Origin: Bacteroidia bacterium
Lineage (GTDB): Bacteria > Bacteroidota > Bacteroidia > Bacteroidales > VadinHA17
Length of the DNA: 64,000 nucleotides
Reading direction: 5' to 3'
NCBI GenBank assembly: GCA_026391215.1
Contig: JAPLDX010000068.1
Span: 1 to 64,000 of the forward strand
This document shows positions 20,901-31,275 of this stretch, one piece after another. The number at the start of each line of letters is the position of its first letter. The stretch's first letter is position 1. Made by a program: the position numbers and the translations under genes. A model generated the notes under the pieces. That model made no database searches. It worked only from the letters and a program-made list of their open reading frames with translations, and was not told the DNA's origin.

Positions 20901-23900
20901 CCTTATCACGAACATACCAGGATGTAGGCTTTGACGGTCTCAGGAATCAGGATGAGCAGACATTTTTCTCAGATTATCTTCAGAAAGCAGGTGCAATTAC
21001 CAGCCCTGAAGCATACCAGGATATCCTGGATGACCCGTCCGGTGATGATTTTCATTATTTCAGGGGAACGGATTACGATCTGGATGAACTGGGAATTATT
21101 GACAGGTATAAAAAATATAACGGGCCGGATGGCAATTCAAAAACTGCAGAAATGTCACCCGAACAATATCCTACCTCAGGATCAACACTTCCTGACATGG
21201 AAGATATTAACCGAGATAACACCCTGAATGAAACGGAAAGTTATTATCAGTACAGAGTAAGCCTAAGACCGGGAGACCTGGTAGTGGGTTCGAATTATAT
21301 AGTCGATGAAATTGAAAATAAGGAAGTTACATTTCCTAACGGCATCAAATCATCAGTAAAATGGTACCAGTTTAAAATCCCGATTACTGATTATCAGAAG
21401 ATAGTAGGCACAATCAGTGATTTTAAATCGATAAGGTTCATGAGAATTTTCCTCCGCAATTTCAAAGAACCTGTTATAATGCGTTATGCTGACCTGGACC
21501 TCGTCAGGGCAGAATGGAGGAAATACAATATCTCATTCATGGAAGGCGGTGAAAGAGTTACCTTACCTGAGGCTTCTGACGGGACATTTGAGATAAGCTC
21601 CGTGAGCATTGAGGAAAACTCGGGCAAGGAGCCTGTAAACTATGTTCTTCCCCCGGGATTTGACAGAGTTACGGATCCTTCCAATCCTCAGCTGAGGCAG
21701 CTTAATGAACAGTCAATGGTTCTTAAGGTTCAGAATCTTGAAGATGGTGATGCCCGGGCAGCTTTTAAAAATGTAAGTCTTGACATAAGGCAATACAGGC
21801 GCCTCAGGATGGAGGTTCATGCCGAAGCGCTCATTGGACAGCCTCTGCAGGATGGCGAACTTACAGCCTTCATAAGGATAGGATCGGATTACAAAAGCAA
21901 CTTCTATGAATATGAGATCCCTCTAAAGCTTACATCTCCACGACATTATGACAACAAGATCGATTCAGAAAGGGAGATGGTATGGCCTGAGGAAAACAGC
22001 TTCAACATTGATCTGTCGGTATTCCAGGATGCCAAACAGGCACGAAACAGGAAGATGCAGGAGGCAGGATCATCCCTGAGCATATCAGATGTTTTTGTTT
22101 ATGCATATCAAGGGCACAGGATATCAATTTCAGGTAACCCTAATCTGAGCAACGTAAAAGTCATAATGGTCGGGATCAGGAATCCCATTAAGACGAGGAA
22201 TCCAGTGATTGATGACGGACAACCCAAGTGGGGAGAGGTCTGGGTCAATGAGCTTCGTCTTAATGATTTCGTTGAGAACGGCGGCTGGGCAGCAAATGCA
22301 CATTTACAGGCCCGCCTGGCTGACCTTGGTACCGTTGACGTGGTTGGACAGTCAAGCACTCCGGGTTGGGGAAGCATAGAAAAGAAAGTGAATGAGCGAA
22401 GCAAGGAACAGGTTATGAAATATGATCTTTCATCAACTCTTGAGCTTGGGAAATTCTTTTCTGATAAAGCAGGTATAAGGCTTCCTGTCTATGTTGGTTA
22501 TTCCGAAACAAGAATCAGGCCCCAGTACAATCCCCTGGATCCTGACATACCTCTTGAAGATGCTTTACGGAATGCCGAGGACCAGACGGCAAGGGATTCA
22601 ATAAAAGCCATTTCAGAAGATTTTGCGAGAAGAAAAACCATCACTATAAGCAATGCGGGAATTACGAAACGGGGAGAAAAGCCCCATGCCTGGGATCCTG
22701 CAAACCTGAGCGTCAACTATACCTATAATGAAATTTACAGCAGCAATATCAAAACTGAAATAGACCTTGAAAAGAATTACAGGGGTGGGCTGAATTATGA
22801 CTACCAGGCTCAACCTGAAAATATAGCTCCTTTTAAGAGTGTGAAATTCCTTAATGGATCCATTTTCCGGCTCATAAAGGATTTCAATTTCTATCTCTTC
22901 CCTAAAAGCATCTCTTTCAGAACAGATCTTTCACGTTATTATAACGAGGTGAAGGCCAGAAATATAAATAATCCTTATCTGCGCATTACTCCAACGTATA
23001 GAAAGGATTTTGAATGGACAAGAATGTACGATTTCAAGTATGATATCACACGTCAGCTGAAGGTTGACTTCACTGCAACAAATCTTGCAAGAATCGATGA
23101 ACCAACAGGCGGGGTTGACAGAGAAAGATACGGCAATCAGTATGATTTCTGGCGTGATTCTGTAATGACAAACCTGTTGAATTTCGGAAGGACGACCTCC
23201 TATAATCATTTTATTAATGCAACGTATACCATCCCGGTCAATAAGCTGCCTCTTCTTTCCTGGATAAATGCGAATGCCCGTTTCGGTTCGGATTATACCT
23301 GGCTGGCAGGGCCGCTTTTCCCTGACAGCATGAATATAAACATCGGCAATTCAATAAAGAACCATAATGAGCTATCGTTCACTGCCATGGCAAACCTCTC
23401 GACACTCTATGGCAAATCGAAATTCCTTAAAAAGATTGAGAACAATACACGTCCGGATGCGGCGCAACGGATGAAACCTGAATACAAGACAGTGAACTAC
23501 ACGAGGAATAATGTCAATTTCAGGACAAATGCAGTCAAGGGGATTATTCATAACCTTGGCACTACCGACGTAAAAGTCAGGATCGTTAAAAAGACCGGAG
23601 AGGAAGTAAAGGGCAAAGTTGATATTGTGAACAGCGACAAGATAAACTTTGCAGCGGCAGAGCAGGTTGACGGTGCACAGGTACTGATTGAGGGAAGGGT
23701 CCCGGTAAAACGGAATCCATTAAGTATAGCGGGTGAATATATGGTGAGAGCCCTTCTTGGGGTAAGATCTGTAAGCCTGACATTAACATCATCACAGGGA
23801 CAATTCCTTCCGGGTTATATGCCTGAAACAAAATACCTGGGATTATCGAAAAACAATAGTATCCTGGCGCCGGGCTGGCCATTCATACTTGGTTACAACG

Positions 23901-25156
23901 ACAAAAATTTCTTTGACAGGGCAGCATCCAATGGCTGGCTTTCAAAAGACACCCTTCTCAATACTCCGGCAAATTACAATAACAAGTATGATCTTTCTGC
24001 CAGGAGCATGATTGAGCCCTTCCCCGGCATGAGGATTGATGTTAATGCCGACCGGAGATTCCTTGAAGGGGTGAGTGCATATTATATTGCGGATATGAAC
24101 GGCAATTTCCCGGACAGCACCCGCAACATGATAGTTAACGGGAATTTCTCTATTTCAGTTATTTCATGGGGTACTGCATTTGAAAAGATATCGGCAAAGA
24201 ATAATTATGTTTCTCCTACTTTTGAAGCTTTCAAGGAAAACCTGGTAATTATTTCCGGAAGAAGAGCTTCGGAAAGATCCAAATCAGATCCGGGTTATAA
24301 TCCTGATATTAACCCGTTTACAGGAGAGCCTATCGAAGGGCCCTATAAGAGCGGATATGGAAAAACCTCACGCGAGGTAATGATACCTGCATTCCTTGCA
24401 GCCTATACCAAAACTGATCCGAATAAGGTGACCATGGAAACCTTCCCTTCTGCGCTGCGGATGATGCCAAACTGGAGGCTGACATTTGACGGATTATCGA
24501 AATTTGAATTCATACAGAAGGTTTTCAGGTCAGTAAATCTCTCACATCAGTACAGAAGCACTTTCCAGATAGGGAGCTATACCACGAACCTCAGCTATAT
24601 GGAAGATATAAACGGTATTAACTCCATCAGAGACCTTCAGGACAACTTCATCCAGGAATACGAAATCAATGTTGTGACGCTGAATGAACAGTTCAGCCCG
24701 CTGATAAATATCGACATGAACTGGATAAACAGCCTGACAACCCGGTTTGAATGGAAAAAATCACGTACCATCTCGCTCAACATGACAAGCAACCAGATAG
24801 CCGATGCACGTACCAATGAGCTTGTTTTCGGAGCCGGATACAGGTTTGACGAAGTGCAGATCGTGCTCAAAACCGGGGGCGGACAGAAGGTGCTGAAGAG
24901 CGACCTTAACCTGCGGTTTGATCTTTCAATCCGTGACAACAAGACTCTGGCAAGAAAGCTGGTTGAGGATGTAAATCAGCCTGTCGCAGGACAAAGGGTC
25001 TTTACTGCGGGGCTGACGGCAGATTATGTCTTAAGTGACAGGTTTAACCTTCAGATCTTTGCCGACCACACCATGAATAATCCATTTGTGGCAAACACCT
25101 TCCCCACATCTAACACAAATTTCGGGTTTAGCCTTAAGTTTACCCTGGTCCAGTAA
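17903..25156 (+). CDS. sprA: Type IX secretion system outer-membrane translocon SprA/Sov
   Basis: 2417 aa with a TTG start. FDKIFG...IPQGSAE, YIDDFE, FNRAKLAWY, GNISEDILRD, LPDMEDIN and VWVNELRL. Follows ruvA. Confidence 0.95.
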   Translation: MGSGISHKNLLVFLYPLLLASLLLNSEKAGSQTSVQYGDTTRKSILKLEDVSGIPWESKQKAPLYLDNPSNIKSNVIYDPDKNEYVIYQKVGSFDYRPPVYMSPEEFRKYEYTRAMRDYWQSRISGDESGFRSTLIPQIEVGGAAFDKIFGSNTINIIPQGSAELIFGINISRSQNPALSEKLQTIPTFDFKEKIQMNVTGTIGDKMELGVNYNTDALFEFENRTKLQYSGKEDEILKKVEAGDVTLPLTGTLITGSYSLFGLKTEMQFGKLTVTTVLSQQKGESSVVEVEGGAQLTDFEIFADEYEANRHFFLSQFFRDIYDDALRTMPVISSGVNIERIEVWVTNKTSRFEEGSNRNIVAFIDLAENKNHIYNNIPEFQESTGASLYPDNSTNQMYDQLNSVYTGVRSVDQVTNALDPLYPGFQIGRDYEKIENARKLNDREYSVNKQLGYISLNSALNTDEVLAVAFEYTLNGKIYKVGEFSTDGITAPQTLLLKLLKGTTLTPKLPTWSLMMKNIYSLGSGTLEKKDFELNVLYQDDKTGNSINYLPEGKLEDQILLQVMGLDVLNSQLDRESDGYFDFIENVTVMVDRGKIVFPVLEPFGSHLIKVTAGGVTLTENTDYTVDYNMGTVRIINPALIESQTPIQVSLESNQFFGFQTKTLVGTHLDYRFSDNFDIGGTILHLTERPYTQKVNFGEEPISNTIWGLNTSYKTQSQVLTNIIDKIPLLETKTPSSISFFGEFAHLIPGHSKAISNAGNSYIDDFEASEIPLDLKSFNAWTIASIPQGQDLMFPEARLNDNLASGFNRAKLAWYVIDPIFLRNSTSTPEHIKDNADLQSSHFVREIFENEIYPYRESTTGIPTNITVLNLAYFPEERGPYNFDTYPGSYSEGMNSNGGLNDPGSRWGGIMREVLTSDFETANIQYIKFWLMDPFVEDPDHEGGDLYINLGNISEDILRDSRKSFEHGLPVGPEQINVDSTSWGRIPTVQAVVNAFDNDPLSRTYQDVGFDGLRNQDEQTFFSDYLQKAGAITSPEAYQDILDDPSGDDFHYFRGTDYDLDELGIIDRYKKYNGPDGNSKTAEMSPEQYPTSGSTLPDMEDINRDNTLNETESYYQYRVSLRPGDLVVGSNYIVDEIENKEVTFPNGIKSSVKWYQFKIPITDYQKIVGTISDFKSIRFMRIFLRNFKEPVIMRYADLDLVRAEWRKYNISFMEGGERVTLPEASDGTFEISSVSIEENSGKEPVNYVLPPGFDRVTDPSNPQLRQLNEQSMVLKVQNLEDGDARAAFKNVSLDIRQYRRLRMEVHAEALIGQPLQDGELTAFIRIGSDYKSNFYEYEIPLKLTSPRHYDNKIDSEREMVWPEENSFNIDLSVFQDAKQARNRKMQEAGSSLSISDVFVYAYQGHRISISGNPNLSNVKVIMVGIRNPIKTRNPVIDDGQPKWGEVWVNELRLNDFVENGGWAANAHLQARLADLGTVDVVGQSSTPGWGSIEKKVNERSKEQVMKYDLSSTLELGKFFSDKAGIRLPVYVGYSETRIRPQYNPLDPDIPLEDALRNAEDQTARDSIKAISEDFARRKTITISNAGITKRGEKPHAWDPANLSVNYTYNEIYSSNIKTEIDLEKNYRGGLNYDYQAQPENIAPFKSVKFLNGSIFRLIKDFNFYLFPKSISFRTDLSRYYNEVKARNINNPYLRITPTYRKDFEWTRMYDFKYDITRQLKVDFTATNLARIDEPTGGVDRERYGNQYDFWRDSVMTNLLNFGRTTSYNHFINATYTIPVNKLPLLSWINANARFGSDYTWLAGPLFPDSMNINIGNSIKNHNELSFTAMANLSTLYGKSKFLKKIENNTRPDAAQRMKPEYKTVNYTRNNVNFRTNAVKGIIHNLGTTDVKVRIVKKTGEEVKGKVDIVNSDKINFAAAEQVDGAQVLIEGRVPVKRNPLSIAGEYMVRALLGVRSVSLTLTSSQGQFLPGYMPETKYLGLSKNNSILAPGWPFILGYNDKNFFDRAASNGWLSKDTLLNTPANYNNKYDLSARSMIEPFPGMRIDVNADRRFLEGVSAYYIADMNGNFPDSTRNMIVNGNFSISVISWGTAFEKISAKNNYVSPTFEAFKENLVIISGRRASERSKSDPGYNPDINPFTGEPIEGPYKSGYGKTSREVMIPAFLAAYTKTDPNKVTMETFPSALRMMPNWRLTFDGLSKFEFIQKVFRSVNLSHQYRSTFQIGSYTTNLSYMEDINGINSIRDLQDNFIQEYEINVVTLNEQFSPLINIDMNWINSLTTRFEWKKSRTISLNMTSNQIADARTNELVFGAGYRFDEVQIVLKTGGGQKVLKSDLNLRFDLSIRDNKTLARKLVEDVNQPVAGQRVFTAGLTADYVLSDRFNLQIFADHTMNNPFVANTFPTSNTNFGFSLKFTLVQ

Positions 25157-25191
25157 ACATTTTTCAATCCCTGTTGATTTTTTTATTTTTT

Positions 25192-25207
25192 CAGAAAACG
25201 TTTGAAA
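25192..25207. promoter_or_regulatory. Putative LacI-family operator upstream of the maltose operon
   Basis: CAGAAAACGTTTGAAA with a central AAACGTTT palindrome. 15/16 identical to 52562-52577. Confidence 0.65.
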
Positions 25208-25355
25208 CAAAGTCGTACTGATTTTTTACCCGAAAATCGGCGAATCTCAGTGAAAATAAATAACATACGCAGTTTTTTAACAATCATTTTTCCTATTTTT
25301 GAATAGGATTCTTATACTTTTTCGATAAATTTTCTGAAAAACATATTCATTATTT

Positions 25356-26897
25356 ATGAAAAGGACCAAACCAAAATTATCCTTCTGGCAGATCTGGAAC
25401 ATGAGCTTCGGATTCTTAGGGATCCAGTTTGGCTTTGCTCTGCAGAATGCAAATGTAAGCCGCATCTTTGAAACTCTTGGAGCAAAGGTGGACGATATTC
25501 CGATACTCTGGGTTGCCGCACCTGTTACAGGGCTGATAATGCAGCCGATCATAGGCCATATGAGCGACAGGACATGGAACCGTCTGGGCCGTCGCCGTCC
25601 ATATTTTCTGACAGGGGCCATCCTGGCTTCACTTGCCCTGTTGCTAATGCCGAATTCACCTGCACTCTGGGTTGCCGCAGGAACCCTATGGATCATGGAT
25701 GCTTCAATAAATATATCGATGGAACCGTTCAGGGCTTTCGTGGGTGACATGCTATCATCGGAACAAAGAACAAGAGGTTTTGCCATGCAAAGCTTTTTCA
25801 TAGGCACAGGGGCAGTTGTAGCATCATTTCTACCATATATACTTACTAACTGGTTTAACGTACCGACAGAACCCTCCCCGGGGAAGCTGATCCCAATGAA
25901 TGTCAAGCTCTCCTTTTACATTGGAGCGACAGTCTTCTTCCTTGCAGTTTTGTGGACAATCCTGAGAACAAAGGAATACTCTCCGGAGGAGCTTGCTGAA
26001 TTTGAAGAAGGTGAGCAGATTGCAAGGGGAGAAAAAGAGGACTCAGGGCTCACGACTCATGGCACAGGGCTGAAGACAGAAAGAAAAACTAATTTCTATG
26101 CTCCGGGTTTAATATGGCTGGGAGCTGGCCTGATCCTGACATTTATACTGTCAAAAACCAATCTGGAAAAGGAACTGTATATCATTACCGGTGGCATATC
26201 TTTTTTCGGCCTTCTCCAGTTAATTGCAGGCATTCTGCAGACCTCAGGCAAAGGGGAAAACGGGCTTAATTCAATTCTTATTGATCTTAGAAACATGCCT
26301 TCCACAATGAGTCAGCTGGCACTGGTACAGTTCTTTACATGGTTCGCACTTTTTTCGATGTGGATTTATACTACATCCGCTGTAACATCAAATATTTACG
26401 ATACTTCCGACACGACATCGCTGGAATATAATAAAGGTGCCAACTGGGTTGGTGTGCTCTTCGGAATTTATAACGGAGTAGCTGCTCTTGTCGCTTTTCT
26501 CCTGCCAGTACTGGCAAGGATAACAAGCAGGAAGATCACACACTCAATATGTCTTGTGGTCGGCGGTATCAGCCTTATATCAATAAGCCTTATCGGCAAT
26601 CCCTGGCTGCTGATCCTTCCCATGGCAGGGATAGGAGTCGCATGGGCAAGCATTCTTTCTATGCCTTACGCCATGCTCACCGGCGCTCTGCCGCAGAACA
26701 AGATGGGTATTTATATGGGCATTTTCAACTTCTTCATTGTAATACCCCAGATACTTGCCGCAAGCATTCTCGGCAGCATGGTCAAACACCTTTTTGACGG
26801 GAATACCATGAATGCACTTATTACGGGCGGTATATCTATGATAGTTGCAGCCATAATGGTGAAATTTGTAAAAGACGTTGACGACAAGAGAAAATAA
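25356..26897 (+). CDS. MFS maltose/sugar transporter (SLC45/GPH-like)
   Basis: QIWNMSFGFLGIQFGFALQ, SDRTW..LGRRRPY, MEPFRAFVGD and GIFNFFIVIPQ. Confidence 0.9.
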   Translation: MKRTKPKLSFWQIWNMSFGFLGIQFGFALQNANVSRIFETLGAKVDDIPILWVAAPVTGLIMQPIIGHMSDRTWNRLGRRRPYFLTGAILASLALLLMPNSPALWVAAGTLWIMDASINISMEPFRAFVGDMLSSEQRTRGFAMQSFFIGTGAVVASFLPYILTNWFNVPTEPSPGKLIPMNVKLSFYIGATVFFLAVLWTILRTKEYSPEELAEFEEGEQIARGEKEDSGLTTHGTGLKTERKTNFYAPGLIWLGAGLILTFILSKTNLEKELYIITGGISFFGLLQLIAGILQTSGKGENGLNSILIDLRNMPSTMSQLALVQFFTWFALFSMWIYTTSAVTSNIYDTSDTTSLEYNKGANWVGVLFGIYNGVAALVAFLLPVLARITSRKITHSICLVVGGISLISISLIGNPWLLILPMAGIGVAWASILSMPYAMLTGALPQNKMGIYMGIFNFFIVIPQILAASILGSMVKHLFDGNTMNALITGGISMIVAAIMVKFVKDVDDKRK

Positions 26898-27544
26898 TGG
26901 AAATAAAAGGCTGCATTTTTGATCTTGACGGGGTTATAGTTGATACAGCAAAATACCATTATCTGGCATGGAAAAGACTTGCTGACCATCTGGATGTAAA
27001 TTTCACTTTGGAGGATAACGAAAGGCTTAAGGGTGTCAGCCGTATGGATTCGCTTGAAATAATCCTTGCGATAGGCAAAAGAAAGCTGAATAAGGAATTG
27101 AAAGAAAAATATGCACGCCTGAAAAACGAATGGTATATAGATTATATAAGTAAAATGACTCCTGATGAGATACTCTCAGGAAGCATAAAATTCATTAATG
27201 AGCTGAAGGGAGCGGGAATAAAAACAGCATTGGGATCAGCAAGCAAAAACACGCCTCTGATACTTAAGAGAGTAGGTATGGAGAAAATGTTTGATGCAGT
27301 AGTTGATGGTAATATTGTAAGCAGGGCGAAACCCAATCCCGAGGTTTTTATTGTTGCCGCCGGAATGATAAAAGTGAAACCTGAACATTGTGTTGTTTTC
27401 GAAGATGCAGTGGCAGGGGTGCAGGCTGCAATTAACGCTGGGATGATATGTGTGGGTATCGGATCACGAAAAGTACTTGCCAAAGCTCATTATATAATTT
27501 CAGGATTAGATGAAATGAACCTGAAGAAACTCAAAGAAATTTAA
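26897..27544 (+). CDS. pgmB: Beta-phosphoglucomutase
   Basis: HAD motif FDLDGVIVDTA, LKGVSRMDSL, SASKN, KPNPEVF and FEDA. Confidence 0.95.
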   Translation: MEIKGCIFDLDGVIVDTAKYHYLAWKRLADHLDVNFTLEDNERLKGVSRMDSLEIILAIGKRKLNKELKEKYARLKNEWYIDYISKMTPDEILSGSIKFINELKGAGIKTALGSASKNTPLILKRVGMEKMFDAVVDGNIVSRAKPNPEVFIVAAGMIKVKPEHCVVFEDAVAGVQAAINAGMICVGIGSRKVLAKAHYIISGLDEMNLKKLKEI

Positions 27545-27557
27545 AGAAAGGCCGGAC

Positions 27558-29876
27558 ATGAACAGCTGTTATAAAAAGGATGAATGGCTCATAATAGAGG
27601 AGGGATTCCACCCTGAATTCAACAGGGAATCGGAAAGCATATTTTCGATAGGGAATGGTTATATGGGACAGAGAGCAAATTTTGAAGAGCAATATTCAGG
27701 TGACAGCCTCCAGGGAAGCTATATTGCCGGTGTTTATTATCCTGATAAAACCCGTGTCGGCTGGTGGAAAAACGGTTATCCAGAATATTTTGCGAAAGTC
27801 CTGAATGCGCCAAAATGGATAGGTATAGATATCTCAGTTAACGGGAAACCCGTCGATCTTGCAACCTCAAAGCTCACCTCTTTCAGAAGAGTGCTCAACA
27901 TGAAAGAAGGATATATTGACAGGATTTTCAGAATAGCTGTATCGGGAAACAAAACTCTTGAATTTAATTCCAGGAGGTTCGTCAGCATGTCAGAGCCCGA
28001 TACCGGTGTTATCAGATATTCAGTAAGATCGGTTGATTTTGAAGGTATTGTAGGTTTTAATCTTTATATTAATTCCGATGTAAGGAATGAAGATGCCAAT
28101 TACGGCAAAAAATTCTGGAAAGAAGTTGGAAGGGAAGTAACAGAAGGAACGGGGATGATCATATCCAGAACGATGAAGACCGATTTCCATGTTGCAACAG
28201 GAATGTGCTATCAAATCCTTAGAAACAAAAAAGTCCTTTCTGTAAAACCGATCCTTACTAACCGTGAAAAGTACGTAGCCAATTCTTTTAAGGAAAAGAT
28301 CAAACCCGGTGATGACCTGACAGTTATCAAATATGTTTCAGTTCTTTCGTCCCTGAATAGTCCTAAGGGAGACCTGATGAATGATGTGAAGAAGCGGCTT
28401 AAGGAATCATCATCGAAAGGTTATGAAAAACTGTTTGCGGATCACAAACATGAATGGGAAAGAATATGGTCAGCCTCGGATGTTGTGATTGAAGGAGATA
28501 TTGCAGCCCAGCAGGCAATAAGATTCAATATTTTTCACCTGAACCAGACTTACACGGGAAAGGATGAAAGACTGAATATAGGACCAAAAGGATTTACAGG
28601 CGAAAAATACGGCGGAAGCACATACTGGGATACTGAAGCTTTTGCGCTTCCTTTCTTCCTGAAGACTGCCGATCAGAAGGTTGTCAGGAATTTGCTGCTG
28701 TACAGGTATAAGCATTTACCACGCAGCATTGAAAATGCAAAGAAGCTTGGTTTTAAGAACGGAGCAGCCCTTTATCCGATGGTTACAATGAACGGAGAAG
28801 AGTGTCATAATGAATGGGAAATAACTTTCGAGGAGATCCACCGTAACGGGGCAATCGCATATGCAATTCATAACTACATCAGGCATACCGGTGACAAGAA
28901 TTATATAGCTGATTACGGACTTGAAGTCCTGATTGCCATATCCCGTTTCTGGAGCCAGAGAGCAACATGGTCGGAGGATAAAAAGAAATATGTGATCCTC
29001 GGAGTTACCGGACCGAATGAATATGAAAATAATGTCAACAACAACTGGTACACCAACACACTGGCTGTATGGACATTGTCATATACAATCAAAAACCTGG
29101 AACAAGTCAGGGAAGAAAATAAGGATAAGTATAATAAAGTAGTCAAAAAGGCAGATCTCAATTTCACAAAAGAAACAAGCCTCTGGCGGGATATAATAAA
29201 GAATATGCACCTGCCCTATGATGATGTACAGAAAGTCTTCCTACAGCAGGATGGATTCCTTGATAAGGAACTTATACCAGCAGAAAAATTACCTGCAGAT
29301 GAGCGCCCGATAAATCAGCACTGGTCATGGGACAGAATACTACGTTCCTGCTACATCAAACAGGCTGATGTGCTCCATGGCTTATATGTATTTGAAGACC
29401 AGTATGATACTAAAACAATAAAGCGAAATTTTGATTTCTATGAACCAATGACCGTTCATGAATCATCCCTGTCAGCCTGTATACATTCAATTCTTGCATC
29501 GAGGATCGGGAATATTAAAAAAGCGTATGAACTTTATCTCAGGACGGCCAGGCTTGACCTCGATGATTATAATAATGAGGTTGCTGACGGTCTGCATATA
29601 ACAAGCATGGCCGGAACATGGCTGGCTATTGTCGAAGGATTTGCAGGAATGAGAATAACAGACAGCAAGATCGTTATCAATCCGCTTATACCGGACAAGT
29701 GGAAGTCATATTCATACCATGCAAGGTTCAGGGGAATCCTTTTTGAGATAAAGGTGAATCACAGGACAATAATTATAAGAAACCTGTCACCTGAAGCCCT
29801 TAAAATCATTAGTTTCGGAAATGAATATGAGGTTGCCGGCAGGGAAAAGAAAGAAGTCCAAATAGTAAAAAAATAA
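27558..29876 (+). CDS. GH65 maltose phosphorylase
   Basis: YPDKTRVGWWKNGYPEYFAK, KGFTGEKYGGSTYWDTE, GPNEYENN, IKQADV and HESSLS. Adjacent to pgmB. Confidence 0.93.
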   Translation: MNSCYKKDEWLIIEEGFHPEFNRESESIFSIGNGYMGQRANFEEQYSGDSLQGSYIAGVYYPDKTRVGWWKNGYPEYFAKVLNAPKWIGIDISVNGKPVDLATSKLTSFRRVLNMKEGYIDRIFRIAVSGNKTLEFNSRRFVSMSEPDTGVIRYSVRSVDFEGIVGFNLYINSDVRNEDANYGKKFWKEVGREVTEGTGMIISRTMKTDFHVATGMCYQILRNKKVLSVKPILTNREKYVANSFKEKIKPGDDLTVIKYVSVLSSLNSPKGDLMNDVKKRLKESSSKGYEKLFADHKHEWERIWSASDVVIEGDIAAQQAIRFNIFHLNQTYTGKDERLNIGPKGFTGEKYGGSTYWDTEAFALPFFLKTADQKVVRNLLLYRYKHLPRSIENAKKLGFKNGAALYPMVTMNGEECHNEWEITFEEIHRNGAIAYAIHNYIRHTGDKNYIADYGLEVLIAISRFWSQRATWSEDKKKYVILGVTGPNEYENNVNNNWYTNTLAVWTLSYTIKNLEQVREENKDKYNKVVKKADLNFTKETSLWRDIIKNMHLPYDDVQKVFLQQDGFLDKELIPAEKLPADERPINQHWSWDRILRSCYIKQADVLHGLYVFEDQYDTKTIKRNFDFYEPMTVHESSLSACIHSILASRIGNIKKAYELYLRTARLDLDDYNNEVADGLHITSMAGTWLAIVEGFAGMRITDSKIVINPLIPDKWKSYSYHARFRGILFEIKVNHRTIIIRNLSPEALKIISFGNEYEVAGREKKEVQIVKK

Positions 29877-29892
29877 TTCAATCATAAAGATC

Positions 29893-31272
29893 ATGGAAAA
29901 AGTAATTGTTGGCCTGTTAACTGTTTTTATGGTATTGGCACTCGGCATTGGCGGATGTTCGTTCTTTGGTAAGAAGAAGGAGCTCAAGCCATTCACCTCT
30001 GAAGTCGTTCACCCGGACTGGACCAAAGATATAGTGATGTATGAGGTAAATGTAAGACAATACACCAATGAAGGAACATTTGCGGCATTTGCGGAACACC
30101 TCCCGAGACTTAAGTCCCTCGGAATTGATGTTCTCTGGTTTATGCCGACTTTCCCTATCGGAGTTGTAAACAGGAAAGGCGAGCTTGGCAGCTATTATTC
30201 AGTAAAGGATTTCATGGATGTTAACCCGGAATTTGGAACGGTTGACGATTTAAAGGATGTTATTGACAAGACCCACGAGCTGGGAATGTATGTACTGCTC
30301 GACTGGGTGCCCAATCATACTTCATGGGATAACCAGCTTACAATTGATCACCCTGATTGGTATGCAAAGGATTCAAATGGTAAATTTACTCCTCCCATCG
30401 GCACCGACTGGACTGATGTAATTCAGCTTGACTGGTCACAGAAAGGGCTTCAGGATTATATGATTGATGCAATGAAGTTCTGGGTTAACCTGGGAGTTGA
30501 CGGATTCCGAGTCGACCATCCGCATAATACCCCCAAAGAATTCTGGGAAAGGGCAAAAGCAGAGCTGAGTGCAATCAAGCCGGTATTGATGCTGGCCGAA
30601 CACGAAGGTCCGGGTTTTTTCATGGAGAAGGGATTTGACATGAATTATGCATGGGAGCTTCATCACATGATGAACAGTGTGGCTCAGGGAAAAGACAGTG
30701 CAAATGCCATAATGAAATACTTTAAGAGGGAACAGGCTGTTTACCCGCAAAAAGTTTACCGGCTTATGTTCCTGACCAATCATGACGAGAACTCATGGGC
30801 CGGAACAATTGATTCCCTGATGGGCGATGCACAGAAAGTTTTTGCAAACCTTATTTTTACGGCCCCGGGAGTGCCTCTCATCTACAGCGGCCAGGAGACC
30901 TGCCTTGATAAGAAGCTTAAATTCTTTGTAAGGGATACAATTGAATGGGATGCATGCGATCTAACTCCATTTTATACCAGCCTGATAAAGCTGAAAAAAA
31001 ATAATAAAGCTCTCTGGAACGGAGAATCGGGAGGGCAAATGGTTACAATTAAAACCGACAATAAAAACAAGGTACTTGCTTTTTACAGGGAGAAGGATGA
31101 GAACAGAGTGGTAGTCTTTCTTAACCTTACAAAAAAGAGCGTCTCATTCAAGCCTGTGCTTAAAGGGATTGAAGGTGAATACACGGATTATTATGCCGGG
31201 GAAAAAGTTTCCCTGCCATTAAGTGTAAAATATACACTTGATCCGTGGGGATATAGAGTTTATGTGAAATAA
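29893..31272 (+). CDS. GH13 alpha-amylase-family lipoprotein
   Basis: Lipobox-like IGGC. YEVNVRQYT, DWVPNH, GFRVD, LAE and NHDE. Confidence 0.9.
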   Translation: MEKVIVGLLTVFMVLALGIGGCSFFGKKKELKPFTSEVVHPDWTKDIVMYEVNVRQYTNEGTFAAFAEHLPRLKSLGIDVLWFMPTFPIGVVNRKGELGSYYSVKDFMDVNPEFGTVDDLKDVIDKTHELGMYVLLDWVPNHTSWDNQLTIDHPDWYAKDSNGKFTPPIGTDWTDVIQLDWSQKGLQDYMIDAMKFWVNLGVDGFRVDHPHNTPKEFWERAKAELSAIKPVLMLAEHEGPGFFMEKGFDMNYAWELHHMMNSVAQGKDSANAIMKYFKREQAVYPQKVYRLMFLTNHDENSWAGTIDSLMGDAQKVFANLIFTAPGVPLIYSGQETCLDKKLKFFVRDTIEWDACDLTPFYTSLIKLKKNNKALWNGESGGQMVTIKTDNKNKVLAFYREKDENRVVVFLNLTKKSVSFKPVLKGIEGEYTDYYAGEKVSLPLSVKYTLDPWGYRVYVK

Positions 31273-31275
31273 CGG

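Noticed and set aside
25277-25906. 209-aa antisense ORF, and the many other 60-190-aa ORFs nested in or opposite large genes
   Set aside because: They are shadows of well-supported genes and carry no family motifs.
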